Below, piece by piece: positions 39,700 through 52,019 of a stretch of 60,934 nucleotides of DNA (within the stretch, counting starts at the first letter, position 1; the number at the start of each line of letters is the position of its first letter). Source of the DNA: Octopus bimaculoides (Eukaryota). The stretch covers positions 33,630,185 to 33,691,118 of the forward strand of contig NC_068984.1 in the NCBI RefSeq assembly GCF_001194135.2, in the 5' to 3' direction. The notes under the pieces were generated by a model that was not told the origin of the DNA, did no database searches, and saw only the letters and a program-made list of their open reading frames with translations. The translations under genes and the position numbers were made by a program.

Positions 39700-40491
39700 G
39701 GTAATATTCTGGGGGCACAATAGCATGGCTGTTCTATAAATATCTATGTTACTACATCTTAACCCCAGGGAAACTTTTGTTCCACCTGGTTTACGACACA
39801 ACGTATCCGGTATATTGTAAGTAAGGGACCGTCTCACTCCCTTCTAGCTTGGCAAGACCAGTAAGCCATGGTTTTTTGGGTCTTTACCCTTCTTCGGTAC
39901 TGGGCATCTGCCTGCTATATTATAGTGGGAAAAAAACGTCACCGTCTAGGATTGTTGCTAGTCATGTATGCCGCTTCTCTGTGTCAACTAGTCTTGCTAA
40001 ACCGGAGGGAATTCACACTGTTACAATAAACCGCACACAGGTTGTGTTTCTTTAACCGGCTGAAAAGACTTTTTTCGTTAGGTTAAAATGTGTTAAGATA
40101 GTTCTTTATAGAACACCCATGTTATAGTGGGAAAAGCACGTTACCGTCTTGTAATGTTACTACTTATATCTCTTTTAAAGATTTTAGAATTAGCTAAATG
40201 GCCCGTTATGAGATCAGCGACTGTTTGCGGCTTCTCTGTTTATATATTATGAGTAAAAACAATTCACTACCATCTCTAACAGGCAGATGGCCCTTACCGA
40301 TGAAGGGGAAAGATCAAGAAACCGTGAGCTACTACTCTTGCCAAGCTGGAGGAGAGAGATTCGCTCTCTTACAATATATCGGACACAGGTTGAGTGTCGT
40401 TAACTCACTGAAAAAAATATTTTCCTGTGGTTAAAATGTAGTAGCATAGTTCTTTATAGAACAGCCATCTTATAGTGGCCAAAAAACGTTA
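39700..40491. repeat. ~350-bp unit repeat: one inverted copy plus tandem copies (PLE pseudo-LTR-like)
   Basis: 39721-39912 is the reverse complement of about 40282-40473. atagtgg..aaaa.cgt recurs at about 39922, 40124 and 40472; ggttaaaatgt...atagttctttatagaac recurs at about 40080 and 40430. Confidence 0.85.
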
Positions 40492-40627
40492 TATATATAT
40501 ATATATATATATTTAAATATATACTCATGTGTATATACATAGATACATACTCATATAGATATGTATATACATGAATATATATATCCATATATATTTACAT
40601 ATTCATATATATTATATTAATCAAAGG

Positions 40628-40808
40628 GCTAGATATAAGAGTTGCAACCCTTATTTGGAGCAAAGGTATATATGTGGACCGGTTTCATGTTTGCTGCCTT
40701 CCTCGTATTTGCTTTCCTTTCTCAGCACATCTGGAACCTTAGAAACATCTGTTATTTTCAGTGTAATTTCTGGTGATCTAACTGAGGGTTGTAACTCTTA
40801 TTTCTAGC
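40628..40808. mobile_element. 181-bp MITE-like element with 26-bp TIRs
   Basis: gctagatataagagttgcaaccctta versus reverse-complemented right end gctagaaataagagttacaaccctca (3 mismatches); AGG on both flanks. Confidence 0.6.
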
Positions 40809-41135
40809 AGGTAGATACTTCAATGTGTCCTTTGATTTATATAATTTTAATTCTATAGTTATATAACGCTGATTTAGGCCAGCAACCACCTATATTAATG
40901 ATATTGTTGTCATTATGAACTATTCATATTTACTTCGATAATAATAATATTAATATCGATATAAATATTCAATTCTGAATATTTTTGTTGCATATTTATA
41001 TATATGTATTTATCTATCTATGTATGTATATAATCCACATATGAGATCCGGAGATTCTCAGTACAGAACATAATAGTGCTCAAAAGTTTCAAACTTAGAC
41101 TCCAAAATCATTACAGGGGATCGGTTCTATAATTG

Positions 41136-41182
<47 letters not shown>

Positions 41183-41489
41183 TATCGGTTAAAGATAAAT
41201 GGTAGCACCACCAGTTGGTTGAGAGCTGTAAACTCTAAGCAGTTGGATCGAATGCATGTTTGCTTGTCTGCGAAATAGTATTCTATAAACAATTCTAGAT
41301 GCGATGCCATTACGCAGCAATACCCATAGTTCTATCTATAGACTTGGTTGAACCATTACATAGTGAATGAAATATGGTTAACGAAAATTATAAAGCCCAC
41401 CTAATCACTTGTTTCTATAATTCAAATTTACAGCTTAGCCACAAACGATTCACCGGTAAGTTATGATGGTGGGCTGAGAGATTTGAAGA

Positions 41490-42339
41490 TGCAACTGCAA
41501 ACCACCCAGCTATTCACCATATGGTAATAGATGACAGACGGTTTACTACATGTAAAATAGCTGATGCTACTAGCATATCCCGTCTGATAGGTGAGAATAT
41601 TTTGTACGATGCATTTGGCATACCGAAGGCTTCTGCTCGCTGACTGCGACATCTTCTGACACCAAACTGATCACATCGAAGCAACGTCTGACATTGTTAA
41701 AGGCAGATAGAGCTGGTTAACTTAACAGTTTCTTAATCCAGGCTGAATGTTGGCTTCATTTGAGATAGAGGCAAAAAGACAATCCATGCCTTCAAAGGAG
41801 GCCATAGTTGTTTCATCTGCAGGTAAGGTGAAGGCGTAAATTTTTAGAATGTAAAATAGTAGTGTTTATTGACTATCTTCAAAAGAGCCAAGCCATCAGT
41901 GAAGAGTATTATGTCACCTTGCTGAGGCAGTTACGAAAGACTATCAGATCAATCACTCAGAAAGCTGACGAAAGTTGTCCTGTTTCATCCGGACAATACT
42001 CCAACATATAATTCTTTAGTTTCAATGGCTGATGTGCGTAACTTGTTCATCCTCACCCTAGTTTCATGCTTTGGCTCCTTCTGACTATCCTCTGCACTGA
42101 TACCCTAACATGAAAAAGCAGTTGACTGGGGATTAGTATTGCGGACATGATGGCTTCATCTCTGTTGTTGATGAACTTTTTAGCAACAAGATGATAGATG
42201 ACAACACCCAAGTAATGTAACACCAATGGAAGAAATGTGTGGGTAAAAAGTAGGGATTATAGTGAAAAATATACATCATTTGGTCCCATTCCATAACAGT
42301 GACTTGGTAAGCCTATCAACGTTCTAGTCGACCATCGTG
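41490..42339 (+). mobile_element. mariner transposase pseudogene with right TIR
   Basis: ASAR*LRHLLTP (WVPRLL motif), VFIDYLQK, FHPDNTP (HDNA), LAPSDY (YSPDLAPSDY), QWKKCV. TIR-like gcctatcaacgttctagtcgaccatcgtg at the end. Confidence 0.88.
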
Positions 42340-43240
42340 CATTTAAGATACATGGATACATGTTTTTGTGGTATGCTCAACTTCTTACAAACAAATATAC
42401 CTCACTAGATTAAACAACTGTATCCTCCACATCCAAGCAGATGATCTATCTATATATATGTGTGTGTTTGTGTGAGTTTATGTGTGTCAGGAAACGTGCA
42501 TAGTAAGGTTTATTAGGTTGACGCTCAAAGAAGGAAAAAATTATGAAGTAAAACATATCGAAAGAAAATATAACGTTTCCGACATATTCCGTCGTCGGGT
42601 ACCAAAGGAAAGTTCATGGAAGCGAGTAAGGGGAAGGAAGGAAAGAGATGAGAACAAAACAGAAGCGATTCACATAGGTACGTATGCACGCACATACATA
42701 AAACTATACACGCACAACACACACAGTACACACAAACACACACGTACGTACACACACATCCTCATATGTATACATTCAGACACGTTATGAACAGGCAAGC
42801 TATAGAAGTAATCCATATATCCAGTATGTTCTATTTATTCTTTCGTAGTTATTCTCTGCATCTTTACTCACATTTTTATATCATGTCATATACATATTTT
42901 TCGTTCAATTATTAGCTTTATTATTATAATATTATTATTATTATTGCAAACGCATTTCCATTATCTGACAATTCAAAGTTTCCAATAAATCGTGGCCTTG
43001 AAATTTTTTATTTTCGTTTAATTTCTATAATATGCTTTGTTCAACATTTGAAAGAAACAAAAGCGTTTGTTACACCCGCAAGATATTCTTTTCAAAGTGA
43101 TACAATTTTTGCTGTCAGTTTATCAATAGGGACAGTAAAAATATGAAATTCATTTAGTCATGCCACCATTATTAATGTTTTCTGCAACAGATTTCCGAGA
43201 AGAAACTTCTTTCTTTCTTTTTTCTTTATTTTTATTTGCC

Positions 43241-43301
<61 letters not shown>

Positions 43302-43339
43302 GGGGTGGCACCAATCCCAAACAATGGATTCTTTAAAAC

Positions 43340-43690
43340 GTAAGATAATTGAGGAGTAGATTCTCGCATTGAAGATGAATTCCCAAAAGTTGTTTCTTCA
43401 CTTGTTAAATCATGTAACAACGACTTCCTAGCTTTTCTAAAATAGAGGTTTTTATAATAGCTTCGCATTGTCAACATGTGGCTTTGTATAGGCGCGGCTT
43501 CCTAGCTCCTCTAAAATGTACATGTTTTACTTACACGATATGCTCTTTATGTCCATTCCAACTGAATGCCCCACCTCTCTGGGCGCATATGTTTTACCAT
43601 ATTCCAAGCCAGACAACGTTATGCTTTGTAAAAAGTGTGGACAGACGCTATGTGAAAGTTAACCACATGAACCGCTCTTGTACTTAGGAG
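43340..43690 (+). mobile_element. piggyBac-like transposase C-terminal relic
   Basis: Across frameshifts: N*GVD (MGGVD-like), IVNMWL (PGBD2/3-type VNMW), RQRYAL/CKKCGQTLCE (Cys-rich C-terminal domain). No TTAA-bounded terminus found. Confidence 0.4.
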
Positions 43691-44045
43691 GCTGGACTTA
43701 ATACGTCAACGTCTGTGACACTACCAGCTGTTCTATCAGAGTATTTAAGAGAGTCAGTCCTGTTGTAGCCAATCATTCTTGGCTGGCTTGCAGGTGGATT
43801 AATCCCTCCTTCTCGGAAATAAATATCACACCTGACATCAATACTGAAAATAAGGCAATTAAATAATCGCATCTGTGCTAAACAAAACGTAATAAAAATA
43901 TATCACTGACCCTTTAACTAAAAATAGCTAAGGAAAATGATATTGAATTTTAAGATAAACAGAATATATTTCAAGTTGAGAAACCTAGCAAAGAGACGTC
44001 CATAAATTATATAAATACCGACTTTATCCTTGATAGATTTGAGGC

Positions 44046-44120
44046 ATGATGCATGGCATGGCTGTGTGGTTGGAAGCTTGCTTCCCAAACACAAGGTTCC
44101 GGGTTCAGTCACACTGTGTC
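44046..44120 (+). mobile_element. SINE family A, 5' tRNA-like head only
   Basis: ggctgtgtggttggaagcttgcttcccaaacacaaggttccgggttcagtc, with A-box- and B-box-like segments. Confidence 0.75.
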
Positions 44121-44836
44121 TTCTGATAACCGAAATGAATTTTTTTACTATTCTAATCCAGAAACGCGTCTATGATTGACTAAGACTGGTTAGTTTCGTT
44201 ATTTTTTTTCTTTTTGTTTGCCTTTATGAGCTATAAGTATTGCTATCTGTTGGAGCCTTTTTGCAGTAGTAGAATTAGCACTTTAAGTGTTATTTCTAAA
44301 TTTCGGTATGTGGTGAAGCAACTGTTGCTGATCCCTTAATTATATNNNNNNNNNNNNNNNNNNNNNNNNNNNNNNNNNNNNNNNNNNNNNNNNNNNNNNN
44401 NNNNNNNNNNNNNNNNNNNNNNNNNNNNNNNNNNNNNNNNNNNNNNNNNNNNNNNNNNNNNNNNNNNNNNNNNNNNNNNNNNNNNNNNNNNNNNNNNNNN
44501 NNNNNNNNNNNNNNNNNNNNNNNNNNNNNNNNNNNNNNNNNNNNNNNNNNNNNNNNNNNNNNNNNNNNNNNNNNNNNNNNNNNNNNNNNNNNNNNNNNNN
44601 NNNNNNNNNNNNNNNNNNNNNNNNNNNNNNNNNNNNNNNNNNNNNNNNNNNAACATTAAAATTAAATTAAGTTTCACAGTGTAATATATCTGAAAATTGG
44701 TTATGAAACACGTGTAGTCGTTTTATTATCATTATCTTATGATATTTACTTTGTATTATATTATATTTATTTATTGTGTTTTTACTTATTAATTTTTCTA
44801 TATGTGACAATGAATTTTCATAGATGTGTTCATGAA

Positions 44837-44881
<45 letters not shown>

Positions 44882-44910
44882 NNNNNNNNNNNNNNNNNNN
44901 NNNNNNNNNN

Positions 44911-44954
<44 letters not shown>

Positions 44955-44957
<3 letters not shown>

Positions 44958-45931
44958 TTTCCTTATTAGCCGAACAGGTCTGAACACAGAGGGGACAAGT
45001 AGAGCTTTTCTTTTTGGGGAGGAGAAGGGAAAAAAATGATAAAATAAAAATATATTTAAAAAGAAGGTGTGTAGATTTTCGATCAAAAGGGATCGTGAAA
45101 AAAAAATGATCAGTAGGGATCGTGTATCACATAAATGTCATGATATAAAGTGTAGAGGGGGAAAAAAGATTAGGTTTACCCGTGGGAAGAAAGGCCTACG
45201 GAAAAGACCACGGTAACCATGGCCAATAATGTCATGCAGAAAAACACATAACACTAAGTTACTTTCTTTTTATCCTTTTTTTTTCTGATTCATAGGGTTA
45301 TGCTCAAGGTGGTTCCGTCATTCACACGTGCCATCCTATCTTTTCTTGAAGCATTCAGTGAACAGAACTTCCCTGTCTACTCTTACCTTCCTTTTCAAGT
45401 GATACTTGAAAAAGTTGATGAGAGATTCATCAGAGAGGAAAGTGTTTGTCTCTAGACCTGTCAGATATGTCCACCATATAAATTATTTCACCATAGCCAC
45501 AAGAACGATGAAAATGACTCTTCCCTCCCGTTTCAAGAAAGGAGGCGCGACAATATTCACGATAGACTCGGCTGAGAAACTGACTCGTGCCGCACGCGAT
45601 AGCAGTCATTTAACATAAGCCCACAGGTCGGAAATGGTTGGACACTGTACGAGTGCGTGCAGAACGGTTTCGTCGCTCTGTCCGCATCTCGGGCAGGTCG
45701 GCCCCGTATTTCTCGAGCCAAGCCTGTAGAGCTTATCCCGAACAGGTAGCGCTTCCCGATAGCACTACCAGACCAGGGATTCTGGAAGTTATCCATAGGT
45801 CCCGGCTTAAAAGTCGCCTTGAACAGGCGAGTCAGATACTCCTCGTCGACGCCCAGGTTCGCCCCGAGATCTTCGCCATACCTCCCCTCCACTAATCCCC
45901 AATAGAATGCTTTGGTTGCGTTGCAGTGGCT
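44955..45931 (-). mobile_element. L1/Tx1-clade LINE, 5'-truncated (ORF2 zinc finger plus 3' UTR)
   Basis: PMDNFQ/SLVW*CYREALPVRDKLYRLGSRNTGPTCPRCGQSDETVLHALVQCPTISDLWAY has a CX2CX7HX4C zf-RVT at 45642-45695. It continues FIWWT...NFFKYHLKRKV, then a UTR ending aataaggaaacat into (TC)n. Confidence 0.88.
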
Positions 45932-45935
45932 AGAT

Positions 45936-45976
<41 letters not shown>

Positions 45977-46305
45977 TATAGATAGATAGATAGATAGATA
46001 GTTTGTCAAGTGAGTTTCTATCTACACTCAGTTTCATCTGTTAGTGCCCTGGCTTTTCGTAACTTACCTGAAGAATTGCAGAGCAGCAATATAAATCTCC
46101 CTACTTCGCAGAAAGTCAATCACAAAAGAATGGCAATTGAAAAGATAGCAATATTGGCGGTTCAGTAGCATCTCCACAGCCTTTGGGCTGAAAGGAGTAA
46201 GACAATAAAAGAATACACAAATACACACACGCACATACATATATGCATACACACACATACATGTGTATATATACATATATGTATGTGTGTGTCTGGTGTA
46301 TGTCG

Positions 46306-46404
<99 letters not shown>

Positions 46405-49292
46405 ATAGATATACATATAGAGCTGCTTCCACTCAAAACAAATGACCACGCACATAATAGAACGTTTTCTATGTATATATTTGTGAGTGTAAATGCTTCT
46501 TAGTATATATGAATATATACAATTCTAATAGGTTTGTTTTGAATCATCATAGATCAATCATAAAGACAGAACATGTTTAAGTTTAAGATTCAGATGTCGT
46601 TGCATCAGCTTCTCTGTTGATGGACAATTACATCGTTTTCTTCGTAATTAGTCAGTGTATCACCAGTAATTCATTTTAGTACGAGGCTGGCTGACACTGC
46701 ATAACTTCATTTATATGTCAATTTACCATTCTAGAAATATTGATAAGTGCCGTAATGGTTCTGTTGTTAGTGATGTTACAGAACTATTTTGTCCTATAAG
46801 TAACCTTTCTAGAAACTGTAGTAAACTACAAACTTGTTTTCAAAGGAAATATCAATATTCTTTGAATATCCTTTTATTTTATTTTATTTTACTTTATTTC
46901 AGTGTTTTCTTTTTTTCTGCTGTCTAATGCTTGTTAGTAACGACATTGTATGACAGAGCAATCAACATCATTTCACAAATATAAACTGGAGATGTCAGCT
47001 ATGGGAATTCGTTTGTGTTTCATAATTTTCTGAAACCACTGATATTTGAAATCAATCAACTCCAATATCGCCAGATAGTAACGAATCAGTGATCGTAACA
47101 AGCTATGGAAATGTGCAATTAGATTTAGTTGTATTCTAGCCATTTCGATAGATTATGTACAGTATAGGGCCTCGCTGTAAATTGATTTGGAGGTAGAAAC
47201 GACGGAATGAAATATTCAGTTATAAGCAACTGTGTATAATGTAAATGTGAAATACTACCGTCTCAGCTATCTTGAATGAAGTTAAAGAGTTTATCTTTCA
47301 TACATACATGCACACAAACAGTTTATCTTTCATACGTACATGTAGACACACACACACATGACCACACATGTATATTACCTATAAGCTGTATATATGCGAT
47401 TGCGCATTGTGTTTGTGCATACGTGTGTGTGAGTGTCTTCCCGTTATCTTGTTGTTTCTGAGTTTAGAAACAAAATACTTTAGTAAGATAGATATATGTC
47501 TTACTATCAGCTTCAAACGGCTTCTTCTATCACCAAAAAACACGGTTTATTCCAAATACATTAGTTTACTTATCTGGGAGAAATAAGTACAACAAAAAAT
47601 ACATTATCAGTAAAGGACTAGTATTAAAAATGTAAGGATATTTAATTTACATCCACGTAATTCCTTCAAGTTTACAGGTAAACCATCATGTGTTTCTGTA
47701 TTTATTTGCCATTCCCTATCTATTTCCGTATTCCATCCCTCTCTCACTTTTGGTCTCTACGTATATATATATATTTTTTCTTGTTTGTATTTGTAATTGT
47801 GTAACATCTTCAACGTTTTCTTTGTATTTGTCGTCGTGCACATTCGCTTGCTTCCTCCCCAAAAATTAAATGCCCTTTGACTTAGATTTTTAGGCTAGAC
47901 AGATTTGAACAATCTNNNNNNNNNNNNNNNNNNNNNNNNNNNNNNNNNNNNNNNNNNNNNNNNNNNNNNNNNNNNNNNNNNNNNNNNNNNNNNNNNNNNN
48001 NNNNNNNNNNNNNNNNNNNNNNNNNNNNNNNNNNNNNNNNNNNNNNNNNNNNNNNNNNNNNNNNNNNNNNNNNNNNNNNNNNNNNNNNNNNNNNNNNNNN
48101 NNNNNNNNNNNNNNNNNNNNNNNNNNNNNNNNNNNNNNNNNNNNNNNNNNNNNNNNNNNNNNNNNNNNNNNNNNNNNNNNNNNNNNNNNNNNNNNNNNNN
48201 NNNNNNNNNNNNNNNNNNNNNNNNNNNNNNNNNNNNNNNNNNNNNNNNNNNNNNNNNNNNNNNNNNNNNNNNNNNNNNNNNNNNNNNNNNNNNNNNNNNN
48301 NNNNNNNNNNNNNNNNNNNNNNNNNNNNNNNNNNNNNNNNNNNNNNNNNNNNNNNNNNNNNNNNNNNNNNNNNNNNNNNNNNNNNNNNNNNNNNNNNNNN
48401 NNNNNNNNNNNNNNNNNNNNNNNNNNNNNNNNNTATATATATACATACAAAGTATGGGGGTTTAGTTCACAGGTGATCTAAACGATTAAGTACGCTCGGT
48501 AAGTGCTGTAACGAATTACTGGGGCTCCAAGGTTATAGCCGAGACGGTAGTTATGGAGCCATTGTAGATATCCGATGCAACGGATATATAATTGTTAAAC
48601 AGGACGTCAAATATTAAGGCAAGGAAAACATCTCAAGTCATATACACTATTATCAGAGACAAATCGGAAGAAAAATATGGAAAATGAGAATGGTATGTAT
48701 CAGTAAGATGACAACATAAAGGAAGGGAGTAAAAGAATAAGGAGATGGAAAGGGAGAAGAAAAAAACGAAGCATAAAATTTCATAGTTCAACTTTCCGAG
48801 GCTATAGAAATCAGAGCATGAGTCTTTAGGTGATATCCTGCGTGTATCAATGTGGGTTAAAATCCTGATATAGTAGACATCCAAAGAAAAAGACGCGAAC
48901 ATATCAACGTTCGATGACAGAATGGTAGTGGAGGTGGCTATTAATTGGTAACAGTAAAGAAAAGAAATAGAAAGAAGGGTGGATAGAGTGAGGTAGTTGG
49001 GATTTTAAGGATTGGCTATAGGATAAAGTAAGATGCATGTTTGTATGGTGCCTAAGAATTGTGTACGAATTAGCCGAGAAAATGAGAGACAGGAAGAGGA
49101 GGTAGAGGAATCGAGGTTTAAAAAATAGAGCGAAATGAAAGGAATTTAAAGAGAGTAGTAGATGTCTGGTAGTCTCAAAGTCTAAAGTTTTAGGGAGGAG
49201 ATTTGGTTGTAATGGTTTGTGCCCGTCCTAGCTAAGGTCAATAGCTGTAGAGTTATTTCTAGCAATGGGGCTGTGTGAGTAGGCAGTCGAGA

Positions 49293-49345
<53 letters not shown>

Positions 49346-49379
49346 AACACAGACACATATATAACATGATTTAGCATGG

Positions 49380-49600
49380 AAGCGTAGCGTTTGTATATAT
49401 GTGGTTGGGTGAGAGATGGTATCGTTCTTATGTATATATGCATATGAGAATATTGGACAGTAGAGCGAGTGGGTCGATGGACATACAAAGTGTTTTGGTG
49501 CCAAGTAAGTTGCTTAAAGTGAAGCAGATGTACTGAGTGACTTATTACTTGAGAAAGTGAAAATTTAACTGGATTAGTTATACCTTCTAACATCCTTAAA
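49380..49600 (-). mobile_element. Penelope-like RT-thumb remnant
   Basis: KFSLSQVISHSVHLLHFKQLTWHQNTLYVHRPTRSTVQYSH parallels PLE LKFT.S.S..SV.FLD......LSTSVHYKPTDSHSYLH. A possible decayed endonuclease tail and UTR continue to about 48750. Confidence 0.4.
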
Positions 49601-51089
49601 CATAAATTTTAAATATTTTCAATTTAACGAAATGTACTGCACTGTTTACAACGCTTCATCCGACAGAAAGAAAGGTTCTAAATCTACTTATGTATGAATT
49701 ATTGTGAAATCTGTCTGTACATCGAAGTTTTCAATTTGCGCATAATTCTATCCAAGAGAATGTGGCTTATCATTAAATCTGTATTATGACACATATTGAT
49801 CAGTTCGGTTATCGTACTTTGTAATATTCAAACAATACTGGCACATCACAATAAAATGTAGCTAATGTAAAGTTGTCTGTTATATAAATGTCCTTTAGTG
49901 TAAAGTCCGTTACATGTGTCACATATCTGTAGATTGTTGGTTTTGAAAATGCAAATCTTCCACAATCCGTAAACTGTTTCTCGTTCGAATCAGGCTTTAC
50001 TGCCATGATGTCTTTTCATGAAGAATTTTAGTTCATTGTCATGATTATTTAGAACATGATTATTACTAACATGTGTCCAAGATATGACCTTAAGCTGCAT
50101 CTGGTAGTGGACCCTAGTTCGGGAATTCCAAGTTATGGGGAAATATAGAACCACGTCTTTATCACTATTTTTCCCAGCTCTACTTTGACTTGAAGTAGTA
50201 GCACTTGCCAAAATTCCATCCATTGGTTAATTAGCAGATATAGGAGAAACTCTATGCACAAAACCTCACTGATTTTTGGGTGTCTTGAAAAAGGTAAGTA
50301 AATCGAGGAGTGGAATCCCTCGGGCGATCTAGTGCATTTGTACACATCCTTCCGGTAACTCCAGGACAGCTGGAGTTCTCCAGGCCAGTGAGGCAATTCA
50401 CCAAAGAAAAAGCTGCTAAAATGTAAAACATACTGCTAACGGTTACCATAGCCGTCTTATCCTACTGAGCCACAATGGTCAGACCTCTAAATCTATAGCG
50501 TATGGGATCGGATCCCATATACTATCGCGCATTTTGAAACTACTGAACCGCAGGCTGTAAGAAGACTTGCAGCGTTAAGGATCATTTTACATAGACTCGC
50601 GAGGGCGTGGCGCTCTTCTTATGCATCTTCAAACGAAAGGTTACTTTCGTCGTCGTCGTCGTCGTCATCATCAACATTGAATTAAGTTACGCAATTCCCT
50701 TCTCGCATGAAGCCCAATGCTCTGTATCCACTAATTGTGCTACTATTAATGCTGCATCTACTACTAATTGTGATTCTGCTATTAATATTATAAAGACTAA
50801 AACTTCTACTAGTGGAAATGAAAGATAGTTCTCAGGGACAAGAATAGACTCAACTAATATCGTTATAATTATTCTGACAGGTATGGGCGAAAACTGCCAG
50901 AAAGAGGATGGTTAATAGGAAGGAAACATGTCTCGAGTTGTCTAAAATACTTACAACAAAAAAAAACCCACAAACATATACACAGAGAGGCAAAGAGAGT
51001 GAGAGAGGAATTAAACTAGTGTCAATATATATCGTTATACGTGTGTCTATAAGCATACATATATGCATATAAATGTTTGTGTAGTGTGT

Positions 51090-51158
<69 letters not shown>

Positions 51159-51267
51159 CACACACACTATATATANNNNNNNNNNNNNNNNNNNNNNNNN
51201 NNNNNNNNNNNNNNNNNNNNNNNNNNNNNNNNNNNNNNNNNNNNNNNNNNNNNNNNNNNNNNNNNNN

Positions 51268-51301
<34 letters not shown>

Positions 51302-51314
51302 CGCGTGCGTGTGA

Positions 51315-51610
51315 ATCATCATTTAACGTCTGTTGTCCATGCTGGCATGGGTTGAACGGTTTGACCAGGGCTGATAAGGTGAGAGGCCACTACGTGAGAG
51401 TAATAGTTGTATGTACGTGCCACCTGCAGGGGTGCCAGTTGCGTGCTACCAACATCTGCCACGGCTGCAATTTTAATTGGCTTAATAGGTATTCTACTCT
51501 TGCAGGGCATATTGCCGAATGTGTTGGTCATTGTTCATTGCCTCCCTGAGGCTCAACGTCCGAAAGCTGCTTTCCCTGTGCTACCAGCACGGGTGCTAGC
51601 TACGTGATAA
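51315..51610 (-). mobile_element. RTE-type LINE/SINE 3' end with (ATG)n-like tail
   Basis: Reverse complement ...aacccatgccagcatggacaacagacgttaaatgatgat resembles a common octopus retroposon 3' end (recalled, not searched). Confidence 0.5.
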
Positions 51611-52019
51611 CGGCATATGTGTGTGTATCACATGATCATGTGATCACGTGATCTACAAGACCCGGTTGTTGTTATGGGAGGCAAGTCACAATACGCTTCG
51701 TATTGTTTTAGCATTCGAACGATGTGACCTTGCTAGCTAGGCGTGCAAGCCAATATGAGTGTGTGTGTTTGTGTCTGTGTTGTGTATGCATGTATGTATG
51801 GATGTACGTACAAAGAAATGACACGTAAATACTGTAGACACTCCATAATACATCGTTTATGTTTATTTTAACTTCAAAATTTTTATTAACTGACATTTTT
51901 ATGTTTCATGTTTTATATGTTACTGTTTACTTATGCCACACTCATAAGAAGCCTTGGAACTGTTCGATTTTTCAAAGAAGCCGTATTGTGAGTTAATATA
52001 AGGTGAACTTAGTGTATAA

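Noticed and set aside
44123-44170. CUGAUAA...GAAACGCGUC
   Set aside because: The core is altered (UAA), the spacer cannot form stem II and the flanks do not pair.
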